DNA from: Octopus vulgaris | Taxonomy: Eukaryota | Assembly: GCA_951406725.2 (NCBI GenBank) | Contig: OX597828.1 | Coordinates: 38,626,001-38,690,000, forward strand | Length of the DNA stretch: 64,000 bases | Reading direction: 5' to 3' | In this document: one piece after another, positions 13,265-27,060 of the stretch | Position numbering within the stretch: the first letter of the stretch is position 1 | How the letters are laid out: each line of letters starts with the position of its first letter | Program-made: the position numbers and the translations under genes | Notes under the pieces: generated by a model | What the model was told of the DNA's origin: nothing | The model's input: only the letters and a program-made list of their open reading frames with translations | Database searches by the model: none

Positions 13265-13487
13265 TTAACCCATTAGCATTTAAACTGGACTTATCTGCTC
13301 TACACATTTCGTTTTATGCTCAGACCAGCCAGATCTGATCTCTCAAACCTACCCTATAATGTCACTAAAAATACGCATTCACATCATTGAAATCTCAAAG
13401 CTATGAGATAATGGTACGATTATTTCAAAACATGTCAATAAACATGTTATTAGATTTGACACAATAATCTGAACATTAAAGGGTTAA
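13265..13487. mobile_element. TTAA-ended MITE (piggyBac-type)
   Basis: TTAACCCATTAGCATT...ACATTAAAGGGTTAA terminal inverted repeats. Confidence 0.7.
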
Positions 13488-14472
13488 AAGTGTGAATGTT
13501 CAGAATAGTACAATAAGGCATATTGCCAAGTTTGCTTATGTTTCTGGTATCAAAGCTTAATTCTTTTACACATTTTTTTTTTATTTTCAATCTAGCCATA
13601 ACAACTGCCTTAGCAACAACAACATATGTTGTTAAATGCAAGTCAAAAGAACCTAATAAGTCACTGAACCCAAAACACAAAAACATTTCAGGTGTAGAAT
13701 CACATTTGAGTAGGCAGACTTGTTTTCGTTCACTTCTCGAAGTGGTATTAAGTGGAAGAACTGCTCCATCATGTACCACCACCACCACCACTACCACCAC
13801 CACAACATCCTCGCAAAACAGCAGAGGGTTCTTGAATTTCATATTGAACTAACTTCTCTCACAGAACTTCTTTCATAAACATTATTAAAAAAAAAAAAAA
13901 CACCCTTTTGGGGTTAGTGAAATAAAATAACAGTCAAAACATATGGACATGGTTATGTGGTTAACAAAGTCCCTTCACAAATGCACAGCTTCTGGTTCAA
14001 TCTCACTCAACAGAGACTTCAGTGCCTTCTGTTATAACCTTGGATCAACACAAATTTGAGAGTTCAATTTAGTAAAATGATTCTTTTATGTCTTTATATG
14101 GTAGACTGAATCCATCACCTGATTTAATACCATTTTCTTGAACACTTTTAGGTGATCCACTTCAATGCAACCATTTTAGGTGAGATCTCTGGTCTTGCAA
14201 TAACTTCCCACCAGTTCTGAGTGTCTTGGACACTGTCTCTCTCACCCTAAATCATTATCGTTTATCCATTACTTGTTTCAGTCATTGGACTATGGTCATG
14301 CTGTGGCATTGCCCTGAAGGGTTTTAGTAAAACAAATCCAACCCAGTGTTTTTTTCTTTTTTAATCCCATTACTGTTTCCTTCAATCTCATGTCAAACCA
14401 TTAAGTTATAGGAAACAACAGTTGTCAAGTGATGGTGGTGGATAAACACAAAAACACACACACTTCTCTCTC

Positions 14473-14519
<47 letters not shown>

Positions 14520-14944
14520 GAGAGAGAGAGAGAGACACACACACACATACATATATACATACAGTCACATATATTAGCACACACACGCAATTACATGTCA
14601 CCAGTTCTGGATGAACAGAAAGCAAACATGACACCAACAGAATTTATCCAACCACCACTGCACAAATTCTTTAAATGGTGCAGGAGCACAAAATCTGAAT
14701 ACCCCCCCCCCCCACATCCAATTATGATAATTGTGATTTTTAAATGAGAAAAAAAGTCCAACATATGAACAAACTGGTAAATATTTTAGAGACTCTGTAG
14801 AGATAAAAACACCAAAACTGGGGGAATTTGAACTTAGTACAGACAAAAAATCCCTCACTCTGACATTTATTAATATAAATATTTTATTACCATTAAATAT
14901 GAAAACAAACAATCAATATAGCAAGAAAATTATTATTATTATTA

Positions 14945-15262
14945 AAGGTCGACTTTGCCTTTCATCCTCTCAGTGTCAATAAATTAAGTACCAGTGAAAC
15001 ACTGGGGTTCGATGTAATCAACTAGTCCCCTCTTCCCAAAGTTTCAGGTCCCATGCCTTTAGTAGAAAAGATTGTTATTAGTCCGTCTTTATATTCTGAG
15101 TTCAAAATCTGCTGAGGTTAACTTTGGCTTTCATTTCATCATTTTGAGGTTGATAAAATAAATACCAATTGAGCACGGAAGTGGGGTGGGGGAACAGAAA
15201 CATAATCAACTTGCCCCTTCTTCAAAATTGCTGGCCTTGTGCCAAAATTTGAAACCATTATT
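14945..15262 (+). mobile_element. Two tandem truncated family B SINEs
   Basis: GGTCGACTTTGCCTTTCATCC...AAGTACCAG...CTGGGGT..GATGTAATC core repeated twice with different tails. Confidence 0.8.
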
Positions 15263-18211
15263 ATTACTGCAGCTACTACTATCATGCAAGGTTTTCTTAA
15301 ATATAAACATAAGGCCAAAACTTTTAAGAGTGGAATGTGTAAGATGTAACGTTCATTTCTGTGGAGCAATCCTACATATATATCTTACAAGAATACATAT
15401 CAAGTCAAAAGAAACCTCTAAGCAGTTGCTTACTCTGCTGAAAACAGCAACTAACTGTCCCTCAGACAACACTTAACTATCATAAAATAAAGCAACGCAC
15501 ATTTGGACAATAAAGTTACTACAGTTCTACAACAAAAAAGATGAGGACAAATATCCGTTAAATGTAAACAAAGTTACTGATATATAAAAAGACATGATGA
15601 TCACATCCAGAACACATTTGACCATACCTCTGCTGGATCAAGAGTAACTTGGGGCTAAACCAGAACAGGCGCAAGTATGGGTAGCAGGTGAGAGAATTAA
15701 GAGAATATCAGACAAAAAACTTCGGTTGTGTCCCTCTACATAAATAAATCTCATCCAAATAAACTAACTTTTGTCTTTCCAAGGTCCATAAAAAAAGACT
15801 AGAACTGAGGAAGACATACTTGGCTAAATCCTCAAACAGTCATAACACCAACATAGCTAAAAGCAATCAGAGTAATTTACTGTATGTACTAAAGTATAAA
15901 ACAGTCTTCAACACAGTGTGACCTCACCCTGCCACTCACATTTTACACCTAAAGATAAGCAATGAATTTTATTCTCTAATGTATCATGCATATGTAGTGG
16001 TGGTGGTATTGTTGCTGTACTTTAATGCTAGATCATTTCTCATCCAGTACAACTATGATCAGAGACATTCCAACAATGACCATCATCTCTAAGACTAGGA
16101 TCTCAGTCTTCTCCTTACCCAATCTCAAAAAATCTCCCAGGCAAGGAGACAGTTTACTATTGCGCATTATGGGCCCTGTCCATATATAAAGTCTCCCTGT
16201 ATATATCAGGGAGTTGTTGTTGTTTTTTTATTTCACAAATTGCGAGACGAAGCCTACGTCATTGTGGGAGAGCAGCTGCTGTTTTTAAGTTATTGTTGTT
16301 TCTCTTATCGAGCAAGGCATTCTGCCTTTCAAAAGTCATCACATTGGGAGAGGCAAAACTGAGTGGTTAAGAAGCTCACTGTGAAACCACATGGTGTCAG
16401 GTTCAATTCCACTGCATGGGTTTACTATTTTACCAACGATGGAGAAATGAAAAGCAGAGTCAACTACTACAGAATTTGACCTCAGGACAGAAGAAGCCAG
16501 TGCTTTAGCAATTCTGCCACTCCATTCTTCTGGTAGCAACAAAGATTTCTCACATTCACCCAAAGCCATGAATTTACAGAGATGGATACAGTCTGTCTTA
16601 CCAAACGCTGGTATGTTTTTTAATCAACCAAATAGAAATGGAAATCGAAAGTTGATCCCCTGTAGGGTTTAAAATTAAAAAAATACAGATGAGTAAAGCT
16701 AAGTATTGCTGCACATTCTGTTCAATGTTCTACCACTTCACTGCTCTTGTAGCCACAACATCTAAATAGCTTCTATCCTGCACCTCAAGTAACCACATTA
16801 TCTCACTCGCTCACTCACACACACACACACACACACACTTTATTTAATGCCTTTACATATATTTTCACTGTTGTACAGCAGCCATCATCACAAGTAGTCC
16901 ATATTCAGAACCAGAGTCAGTAGCTAATGGCAAGACTATCAGTGATTTGGAGGTACTTATTTCTGACAGCTGAGTGAAGTTGTACGAAATATTTTGCATA
17001 GACAAAACAAATTAGTACACCAGCAACAGAGTTGAAATCCTGACCATGGGAAGGTATGCCTAATACCTTATTTAGTTAAGCAATTTGACTCAAAAATAGT
17101 AAAAGACATGACTGTGTGGTAAGAAGTTTGCTTCCCAAACACATGGTTCTGGGTTCAGTCTCGCTGTATGGCACCTTGGACAAGTGTCTTCTACTACAGC
17201 CCTGGGGTGACCAAAAGGATGCTCATCGTGTGTGTGTGTGTGTGCGTGAGTGCGTGTGTTACTGTCTTTGTGTCTTGAGATATCTGCAATAGTTGTGAAT
17301 GAGTGTCACAGTCATGCAAGTGTCTCCATTTCCAATCTTTCCTGAAAATATTGCCTGGTCATAAGAGAAATATTACCTTACTTGGAAACAAGTGAGGGTT
17401 AACAACAGGAAGGGCATGAATCCGAAGAAAATCTTCCACAACAAATTCCGTCCTGACCCACACAAGCATGAAAAAGTGAACATTAGAATGATGATGATGA
17501 TGATAATGATTCACATCCATAGCAGTCAACCAAATCTCTGATCGCTACAACACAATAGCCGTCATTACTCAGTTAATTAACTTTGATCATTACAATAGCA
17601 GTCAATATTCAGTCGATTCACAGGTCGCTACAACACTAGCAGTGAATATTCAGTCAACTAGCTCACAGGTCACAAGAATACAGCCAAAACAGCTCTCATT
17701 GGAATAGATGCAAACAAAAATAACACCAACACACAATACTAATACTTCCAATAAGAAGGCTCGTAAATTTAATATAGTTAATGAATTCACCTGTCGTTAC
17801 AGTAGGAATTATGCAGCATGTCTTGGCAAGCTTCACACAATATATATAAAAACAAAAATATCATAGACACTTTGATGTTGGAAAAAAAAACCTCACAAGA
17901 TGGCAAGACACTCATTAATCTCTGACCTGTGCTCAATATCTTCGGCAAATTACCTCCTTCACGCACCAAACTTATTAACCACCACTGTCATATGTAAATT
18001 ATTTTAATTTTGTCGCATAGGCCTTTCCCACAAGCAACAGCCTGGTTTATTCCAATACCTCTAATTCTATTAATTCATGTTAACAACTGCATTCATAGTT
18101 TACAGATAAAAAGTAACTGATGAAAACACAAAGAAACAAAATAAGATATTTTAAAATGCCACGAAAAGCAATGGAATTACAAAAATAACATAACATAATA
18201 GCTATCAAGTA

Positions 18212-18772
18212 GGTTAGTTGTTTGCCAAAACAGGGGATGGGTTAGTTGCTTGCCAAAACAGAGGGTGGGTTAGTTGTTTGCCAAAACGGTGGGTTAGTTG
18301 CTTGCCAAAACAGGGGGTGAGTTAGTTGTTTGCCAAAACAGGGGGTGGGTTAGTTGCTTGCCTAAACAGAGGGTGGGTTAGTTAATTGCCAAAACAGGGG
18401 GTGGGTTAGTCACTTGCAAAACAGGGGGTGGGTTAGTTGCTTGCCAAAACAGAGGGTGGGTTAGTTGTTTGCCAAAACAGGGGGTGGGTTAGTTGCTTGC
18501 TAAAACAGGGGGTGGGTTAGTTGTTTGCCAAAACAGGATGGGTTAGTTGCTTGCCAAAACAGGGGGTAGGTTAGTTGTTTGCCAAAACAGGGGGTGGGTT
18601 AGTTGATTGCCAAAACAGGGGGTGGGTTAGTTGGTTGCCAAAACAGGGGGTGGGTTAGTTGTTTGCCAAAACAGGGGGTGGGTTAGTTGTTTGCCAAAAC
18701 AGGGGGTGGGTTAGTTGATTGCCAAAACAGGGGGTGGGTTAGTTGATTGCCAAAACAGGGGGTGGCTTAGTA
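18212..18772. repeat. 28-bp minisatellite, about 20 copies (GGTTAGTTG[T/C/A]TTGCCAAAACAGGGGGTG)
   Basis: Direct reading; period of 28 confirmed between 18661 and 18689; no unique spacers. Confidence 0.97.
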
Positions 18773-19042
18773 GGTTATTAACAGTAATCAGAGTTGTTTA
18801 TAATTTCTAAGTCCTCATTCTACTCACAAAATTACATATAATTAGCATAATTAGCAATGTATATTTATTTGTTGCCATGCTAATGAGACAGTGCTAAGTA
18901 AGTGGATATTAAATGACAAACAGAGTGAGTGAGTTACAGTAGAAGTAAAATTAAGGTGAGTAGAAGTGTTTATCACACTGCCTGGTATGGTAAGTTATGT
19001 AATTGAGTGAGGATTGATGTTAGAGGTTAGCTTTATGCTACT

Positions 19043-19253
19043 TTAACTCTTAAGCATTCAAACAAGCCACATCTGACCCAAATAGTCTACATGTTCAAAC
19101 TAGCTATATCCAGCATCTTACACCTGCCGTACAATGTAATTCTAAAAATATACAATCACATCTTGAAAATCTCTAAGCTACAAGATAATAAATGGTTAAT
19201 GTGAAGAAATAACCATTACATTTGATACAATAATCTGAATGCTAAGAGGTTAA
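19043..19253. mobile_element. TTAA-ended MITE (piggyBac-type)
   Basis: TTAACTCTTAAGCATTCA...TGAATGCTAAGAGGTTAA termini. Confidence 0.7.
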
Positions 19254-19432
19254 GTAGAATGAAAAATAAGAACAAACTCAATGTAGAAATCAATGAAGGT
19301 GAAAAACAAGAAAATCTGCTAGAAACTCAGTTATACTATGAATATTGTGATAAAAGAACTCCTGGTATAATGAAAAATGCACATAAATCTTCCCAAGTTT
19401 TGTAAATAACATTGAAGTATTTTTGTAACTTA

Positions 19433-19660
19433 TTAACCCTTTCATTACCATATTTATTTTGAGATGCTCTGTAATTCTTTCAATTACTTTAAATATAACA
19501 AAGAATTAGTAAAATAACGAAGTTATCATTAAGCTAGTGTTAGGGACATAAATTGTGGCTAAGATTTGGTGGAAGATTTTAATTCAGGACTTTTGAAAAC
19601 AAGACATTTGTACTACAGAGCCAGAGCCGGTTTCAGCTGGGTTGGTTTTGAAAGGGTTAA
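19433..19660. mobile_element. TTAA-ended MITE, second family
   Basis: TTAACCCTTTCA...TGAAAGGGTTAA termini; close copy at 1862-2078, diverged copy at about 12943-13167. Confidence 0.75.
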
Positions 19661-19789
19661 ATCATTCAGTTACCAGTTTTGATGGTACAAGTGGCTATGT
19701 GCTTACACACACACACAAAACATAGATATTTGCAAAAACTAGAGGAATAGGAAGCAGCAGTGTCCATGACCTCCACAGGTCCTCTGAAA

Positions 19790-20930
19790 CTGGCATGATT
19801 GATGCCTTTAATATTTCTCTTGAACCGCTGCAAAGTAACACCTGCAGGGAATACATAAACAAGGAGGGTGTTACAAAGGAATGACATTCCAGGATGGAAG
19901 GACGGGTTGTAGTGTTTTGTACAGGCTCAGCAGTTTGGGCAAGGATAATGAGAGGAAGAGAGACATGTAATTCAAGAACGCCTGATTGATACGAGCTGGG
20001 CTTGCTCAGATCACCTCCAAAGAGGAAGGGACACTAGAACAGCAAGAAAAAAAGACAGAAGGGACAGCAAAGCAATTACCAGTGAGTCCAAGCCTGGAGT
20101 GTGTTTGTGAGTGTCTTGATGCCAACAAATGAATAACCCTTTTCTGGATGCAGTGTAGGATGCCTTATTTGCAGTATGGCACCACGTGAATATGCCATAC
20201 AATGGAGTATGCAAGAGTTTAATATAATGTTTGATAATGGCTTGGAATGCTAATGCATCTTCTAAACTTGGAGAGAAGTGTAAATTAGTTATTGGGATGT
20301 TAAGGATGTATCTTCACCAGTTGAAGTCCCCAATGATAGTGAAGCCCAACATTTGGAGCAATTGTGAGGGTTCTATTCACATGCTGTTCATGATGAAGGC
20401 TGCTATATTTTCTTTTTTGAGAGTAATGTTTGCATTTTCTTCCTGTTGAAAGACACAAGATTGGCATATCCCCACTGGAGAATGCTTTTGAACGTGTCTG
20501 TCCAAGGAAATGGTGTGGGTTTGGATTGTGGTGTGGATAATGAATGATTGGAAAAGCTTGTAATCTGTGTAAGAGTGGGTATCTTTGGATGTGATGGCAA
20601 GTAAGTTGTTAGGAAGAGAGTGAGCCACAAATCCAACACTGAGGTACTCCAGAGTCCAAGAGATGAGAGATGGGTGGAGCCCATAGGCATGAAGTTTCAA
20701 TAAATTTGCATACCAGACACAATTGAAAACTTTGCTGATGAAGACAACTGTGTCTTGAAGGCATAAAACTGGATGGCTGACAGAGAGCAGATTACCAGAT
20801 AATCTGGCTTTATGAAAACCGTACAGGTAGCTTTTGAGGAAAAAGAGATGGATTCAAGGTATTGGAAAACTCAGATGCTAATTGCAGTTTCAATTACCTT
20901 AAAGACATTGGTACTTGCAGCTCATAATGT
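19790..20930 (-). mobile_element. Decayed non-LTR retrotransposon reverse-transcriptase remnant
   Basis: Broken frames give VFKVIETA..YGFHKARLSGNLL, ISKVFNCVW, KLHAYGLHPSLISW, LHCIQKR and C-terminal VFPAGVTLQRFKRNI, typical of CR1/L2/Jockey-group ORF2. Confidence 0.75.
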
Positions 20931-21189
20931 TCAGCAAGCAGCATGCACCGTTAGTGCATAATTTTTGTGTAAAGCAAAGTGCAAAGTTTAAAAGATAAAA
21001 ATCTAGGTGAATTAGTCAAACCTCCAAAGAATTCTTTCAACACATGGCTATCTTGCTCCCCTACTACTTCTGTACATGATCAGAGATGCACCAAGGGACA
21101 TGCTCAACTGGTCACGATCAAGCAACTGACAAGCAAATCTGTGATACTGAGCAGAATATTTGCTACAGCCCACCACCACCACCATCACT

Positions 21190-21221
<32 letters not shown>

Positions 21222-21232
21222 TATCATTATTC

Positions 21233-21455
21233 AGGCAGCAAGCTGGCAGAACCATTAGTATGTTGGACAAAATACTTAGTGGCAATTTATTGGCTCTTTA
21301 TATTCCCAAGTTCAAATACTGCCAAGGTCAACTTTGCTTTTCATCCTTAGAGGGGCAATAGAATAAGTACCAGTTAAGAACTTGGGTATAAGGTATTGAT
21401 TAACTCCTTCCCCACTAAACTGCTGGCCTTGGGCCTAAATCTGAAACAATTATTA
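21233..21455 (+). mobile_element. tRNA-derived SINE, family B
   Basis: AGGCAGCAAGCTGGCAGAA head, GTTCAAAT B box, GCTTTTCATCC..AATAAGTACCAG core. Confidence 0.8.
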
Positions 21456-21834
21456 TGTTATGACCATTCTGTTGTTGTTATTGTTGGTCGCAATTACAGC
21501 ATTCTTTTGAAAAGCTATTTGATACCTTGCCAACAATATATTGCTGTTGTAGAAACTGGCTCCAAATGTATTAAATAAATCTTGTTTGCCCTTCTACTTC
21601 AGTAGCAAGACTTTTTAGTTTCAAGAAACTATTCATTCTTACTTAGAATAAAGATGGGGAATTAAGCAATCAAATAAGAAAAGACATTTATTAGATGTCA
21701 AACAAAATATTCAAAGAAAGTAACCACAGAATAGAACAATCAAAATATCCTAAGTAGTAGATATTAATGGTGAAAAAAAATAATCTAGGCTAATTACTTA
21801 ATCCATCATACATTCTGTGGAACAAAAATAAATC

Positions 21835-22162
21835 TTTTATCTATTTCAGTCATTAGGCTGCGGCTGTGCTTGCCATGAGACGACACCACTACTTTCTTTT
21901 TTTTAAAGCCTGGTACTTACTCTATCAATCTCTTTTTGCCAAACTGCTAAGTTACAGGAATGTAAACAAACCAACACCAGTTGTCAAGCAGTGGTGAGAG
22001 ACAAACACAGACACAAATATACACAACGGGCTTCTTCAGTTTCCACGTACCAAATCCAATCACAAAGTTCTGGTCGGCCCGAGGTTATATTATATAAGAC
22101 ACTTGCCCAAGGTGCCTCACAGTAGGAATGAACCCTGAACCATGTGGTTGGGAAGCAAGCTT
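21835..22162 (-). mobile_element. Family A SINE
   Basis: Reverse-orientation family A body and partial head. Confidence 0.8.
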
Positions 22163-22789
22163 TTTAAAATAAAAACCAAGTGGATGATATCAAATCAAAC
22201 TACTTCTCATACAAATAGGTCTGGAAGACTAATTAGTCACTTATACAAACACAAATGTTACCTTTCTGATACCAAACTGCATGAGACAGCAGCAGGTTTT
22301 ATGGTACAAATTCCCTACTTTAATCCTTTAGCATTCAGATTACTCTGTCAAATATAATGTTTATTCCTATACATTGTTTTGAATTAATTATGCTTTATCT
22401 AGTAGCTTTGTATGGTAGGTGTGAGAGGCTGGATCTGGTGGAATATTTTGGCCAGATATGGCCAATTTAAATGCTAAATGGTTAAAGTGATCTAAATACA
22501 AAAACAAAATTCCCAATTAAAAGTTTGTGTTAATTTATGTTCCAAAACAAATCAGCTTAATGACGACAAATTATTTTACTGTATTCATTATCATTATTTC
22601 TAAGTCCACTTTCCATGCTGGTATGGTTTATATTCTTCATTATTTTCAAAATTAATTGAAAGAAATGCAGTATATTTCAACACAAATAATGGTAGTGATG
22701 GGTCTAAGCAGCAGAAAATCATGCCATAAATTTCAACAACAGACTTACTCCCAGTTTACCTCAAAATCCACTATAGAAAATGAGATTGT

Positions 22790-22998
22790 TTACTCTTTTA
22801 CTTGTTTCAATCATTTGACTGTGGCCATGCTGGAGCACCGCCTTTAGTCAAGCAAATCGACCCCCAGGACTTATTCTTTGTAAGCCTAGTACTTATTCCA
22901 TCGGTCTCTTTTGCCAAACCGCTAAGGTACAGGGATGTAAACACATCAGCATCGGTTGTCTAGCGATGTTGGGGGAACAAACACAGACACACAAACAT

Positions 22999-23035
<37 letters not shown>

Positions 23036-23203
23036 CATATATATACGATGGGCTTCTTTCAGTTTCCGTCTACCAAATCCACTCACAAGGCTTTGGTCAG
23101 CCCGAGGCTATAGTAGAAGACACTTGCCCAAAGTGCCACGCAGTGAGACTGAACCCGGAACCATGTGGTTCGTAAGCAAGCCACTTACCACACAGCCACT
23201 CCT
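22790..23203 (-). mobile_element. Family A SINE, close to consensus
   Basis: Full reverse-orientation copy; appears to interrupt the gypsy 5' LTR. Confidence 0.9.
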
Positions 23204-23204
23204 A

Positions 23205-26200
23205 CACCAACTCGTTTAGTTTAAGAATACTTCAAATGTTAATTACAGCAACCAATAGGTAGTTATCTGAAGACTTATTAAAGAGAACAAATAAAATTAT
23301 TCTTTTATCTTTTCCTCAGGGGAGATCCAACTCTTGCTCAGTCTCATTTCGACATTTATTTTCCCAATACAGATAATTTTCCAGTGACAGAGTCTTATTC
23401 TCACAACTGTTTAGTGAAATTATTCTCCTAATAACAACTATAGCCAAGATATCAAGTGGAATTGCTTCTCTAGTTATTTATTTGATTCCATCTATCTAGT
23501 AACTGCAAGGTTATAAAAGAGCTTACAAGGATGAGCAGGTGAAATGGCTAACCCAATTGAACAATTGAACAAATGGAGGCATGCCTTCAACATTAATAGA
23601 AATAATCTGAATCAACACAAGTTAACCTAATTGAATTTCTAACATAAAAGTTATCGATGAACCCAAGTAGTGATAAAGTACAGTCAGTGTCTAGTTCTAT
23701 TACAGAACTTTATTTTGCCTCTCTTGTAGATATTACTTTCCATTCATGTTTTGCACATTTCAAAGACATTTTTCAAGTTGACTTTTCTAATTTTGATGAT
23801 CCAGAAAAAGTGAGATTGATATTGGCAAAACTTAGAAGTAACAAACATACCAAATATATTAACTACGATGATGATGATGTTCCAAGAATCCCTCAAGATA
23901 TCAATTTTAAGAAAACTATTGTCAGGAAGGTTTTTGGTGCATGTAGTTTAATTTGAGTGTTTTTTAATGGATCATGTTGTTTAGTGAGTCATCATGACTT
24001 AGATTTACTGGGTTTAAATTGGATTACTGAACTAGGTTTATGTAGTAGAATACTGAACTCTATTTGCTCGAGTGATTTTACTAATAATTCATACCAAGTT
24101 GTAACGTCCAAACTCCCTTATCCATCTATTGAAAAGAAAAACATTTGATTTCAAAGATCTGTTCCAATGTTGCAAGCTATATAAAACAAGTTTGTCATAA
24201 AAGCCCAAGACAAAACCTGTGTTTAAGTCATGCAGACTTGTTCCATATGAAATTCAATCTTAAATAGTCAACTACTCAACTTGGGCAGCACCAGTAGTTA
24301 TTCTTGGGAAGACAAACAGTTTGGTTCACCTTTGCATGGATTTAAAATGAAGTCTCAAAAGATCAATCCTATCCTCTGCTTATTCCTGGAAATATTTTCA
24401 ACAAGCTTAATGGTGGCTGCTACTTCACAGAAATTGATTTGTCTGATGATTATCTACAAATTTAATTCAATGACAAGTCAAGCAACTGTTGACAATTAAT
24501 ACACACAAAGGTCTTTTCCAATATCAAAGATTGCCATTTAGATAGAAAAAGAAAAATGGCTACAGTTATTTTTCAACAAATAATGGACACAATGATAGCA
24601 GGTATTCTTGATGTTATAGATTATCTGGACAATACTGTAGTAATTGGTTCAATGAAAGAAGTATTTTATTGATTGGATATTCTTTCCCACAAAGCGAATT
24701 CATTTGGTTTTAAAGTAAGACCAGAAAAATGCCATTTTTCTTATGACATCAATAGAATATCTTGGTTTTATTATAAACAAAGAGAGTTGCAAACCAGACC
24801 TAGCAAATGTAGAAGCTATTCTGAAAATGCTACTTCCATCAGATATAAGCAAATTGGAGATTGTTTTTTAATACTTCTTAATTATAACAGTGTGTTCCTA
24901 AATTTCATGCAATGCTTACAAAGACTTTTAAACCATCTACTTCAACTGAATGCCTACAAGCTCAAAAGCTTTTGAGAAGGCAAAAGAATTATTACAATCT
25001 GATTTACTACTAACCCACTGTGACTCGAAATTAGAAATACTACGAGCTGTAGAGGCTCTTGTGTTATCAGAGCTGTCATTTAAGTATTTCCAGATAACAT
25101 TGAAAATGTAATAAATAGCACACACTGCTCATACCTGGAGTAAAGCAGCAACAAATTATGGTCAAACAGAAAAGGAAGTGTTAGCATTTGTTTTTGCAGA
25201 TAAAAGATTTCACAAGATGGTGCATGGAAGACCTTTTCTTTTATTTACCAACCATAAACCCATTGTGTCTATTTTTGGCTTGAAGGAAGGCAATCCAATT
25301 TACACAACAAATTGCTTACAAAGATGAGCAACAATGCTATCTGGTTATACCTTTCAAATTAAATACAAGTCAATGAATAAATTGAGTAAAGCTGATGCAT
25401 TACTGCGTCTCTTGAGGAATCATAAGTTAGGCAATGATGGTGCTGTTATTGCTTCTATTTATGTTGAAAATGATACGCCAAACGTTTTATATACAACAAA
25501 AGATGCTATTCCTGTGTCAGCAGATATGGCTGAAGACGCAATAAGAAAAAATCCTACCTAACTGTTGGTTTATAAATAACAAAAAATTGATTGACAAAGA
25601 AAACTATTCAAAAAACCTGAAACAGTTTTTTCCAAAGACAAGAGTCTTTATCAGTAGTGAATAGTTGCTTCATGTTTGGAGAGAGAATCATTAAGAATGA
25701 CAGACTCTACTTTTAAAGCATTTACATATGGGCCACCAAGGTATAAATCATATGAAATCAATTGCAAGAAGTTATGTGTTCTGGCCTGACATCAACAAAC
25801 ACTTAAAAATCAAAATACACGATACACTTTAATTTTGATGACCCTAAAAAATATTTTTTATTACTAGTCAATACCTTCTCAAAGTGGCCTGAAATTTTTA
25901 TGATGAACATTATTTCAATTTCATACTCAATCCACAAATTAAGGCAAGCAAGCAGTCGATTTGATTTGATAGAAACTCTAGATCAGATAATGGACCTCAC
26001 TTCACATCGTTAAGTTTCAATCAGTTCTGCAAATCCAATGCCATAAGACATATTTATGCACCTCCTTATCATCCTCAGGTCCAATGAAAAAGCAGAAAGA
26101 TTCGTTGATGCCTTCAAAAGAGCAATTAAATCAAAAGTGATAGGAACCACTTTTTACGAAGTACGCCTAACTGAACCACTCTGGAATAGAAGTCACCAGT

Positions 26201-27060
26201 AAAATTCATTTTGGGGAGAAAGATTAAGATAATTATGGAGAATATTCTGCCACATAAATGTAAGCCATAAAAAAGCAAGCCAGTATTTAAATGGCCAATA
26301 CAAGAGGTACATGAAACAGTTCCATCCTGAACAGGTTGGTCAAACTTAAAAAGGTAAGTTTAATGTATTTGCCAGGAATAGTTAAAAAGTGATGAGAAAA
26401 AGTTATTTATGAAATGCAAGTGGATAATCAAATCTGGATAAGGGAGAGAGAGAGAAATGGTTCCACATCATAGAGAACAACAAAGTGAGATGCTCCTGAA
26501 CACCAGGTTGGGAGAATTCAACTGACTGTCATTGAAACATACTCAAAAAAAAAACCAAAAACAATCCTCCAAAACATGTATAACAAAGTTCTACATGAGT
26601 TCACCAAAAGTCATCTAGGATCATTTTAGATTCACACACAAAGTCTTCTGACAGCAGAACTTTAAAAAAAAGGGGGGGGGGGCTAGGTGTAAAGAACCTA
26701 GTATTCTAATTAAAGAGGTTGTGAACTAGCAGAAATAAAAGTGTTGTCTTTCACCCATTCACCTCAATGAACTAGTCCACATTTAATGTGATTGAACTAG
26801 TTAACATGCAATCAATGGACTTATTCAAGTGAACATATAAATTTTTCTTTTCTCTCTGTCTTTTCCTTGGGGCAGATCTGACTCTTGCCTGGTCACAATT
26901 TTGTGCTTGTTTTTTCAATACAAGTATTTTTCATTTTTCCAGTGACAGAGTTTTGTTTTCACTACAAATTGTTTAGCAAAATTTTTCTCCTAGTAACAAC
27001 AACAGCCAACATATTGAGCAGAATTATTCGTTTCTTTATTCATTTGATTACAGTTAGCTT
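23205..27060 (+). mobile_element. Decayed Ty3/gypsy LTR retrotransposon (Mag/K02A2.6-like) with both LTRs
   Basis: gag-like FKDIFQVDFSNFDDPEKVRLILAKL; RT FQQIMDTMIAG..YLDN; RNase H NYGQTEKEVLAFVF..NHKP; integrase HMGHQGINHMKSIARSYVFWP, SDNGPHF, PPYHPQ, AERFVDAFKR in PR-RT-RH-IN order; polypurine tract 26664-26682 before TGT at 26688; LTR-homologous blocks at about 23270-23490 and 26815-27050. Confidence 0.9.

Noticed and set aside
13450-13842. ORF with a poly-Val hydrophobic stretch as an alternative first exon
   Set aside because: Hydrophobicity comes from an (ACC)n microsatellite; no convincing phase-1 donor.
18212-18772. CRISPR array or telomeric array
   Set aside because: Units are contiguous with no unique spacers, the context is eukaryotic, and GGGTTAG occurs once per unit rather than as tandem TTAGGG.
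19666-19845. Apparent acceptor TTCCCTGCAG and host exon
   Set aside because: It is the C-terminus of the decayed LINE ORF2.
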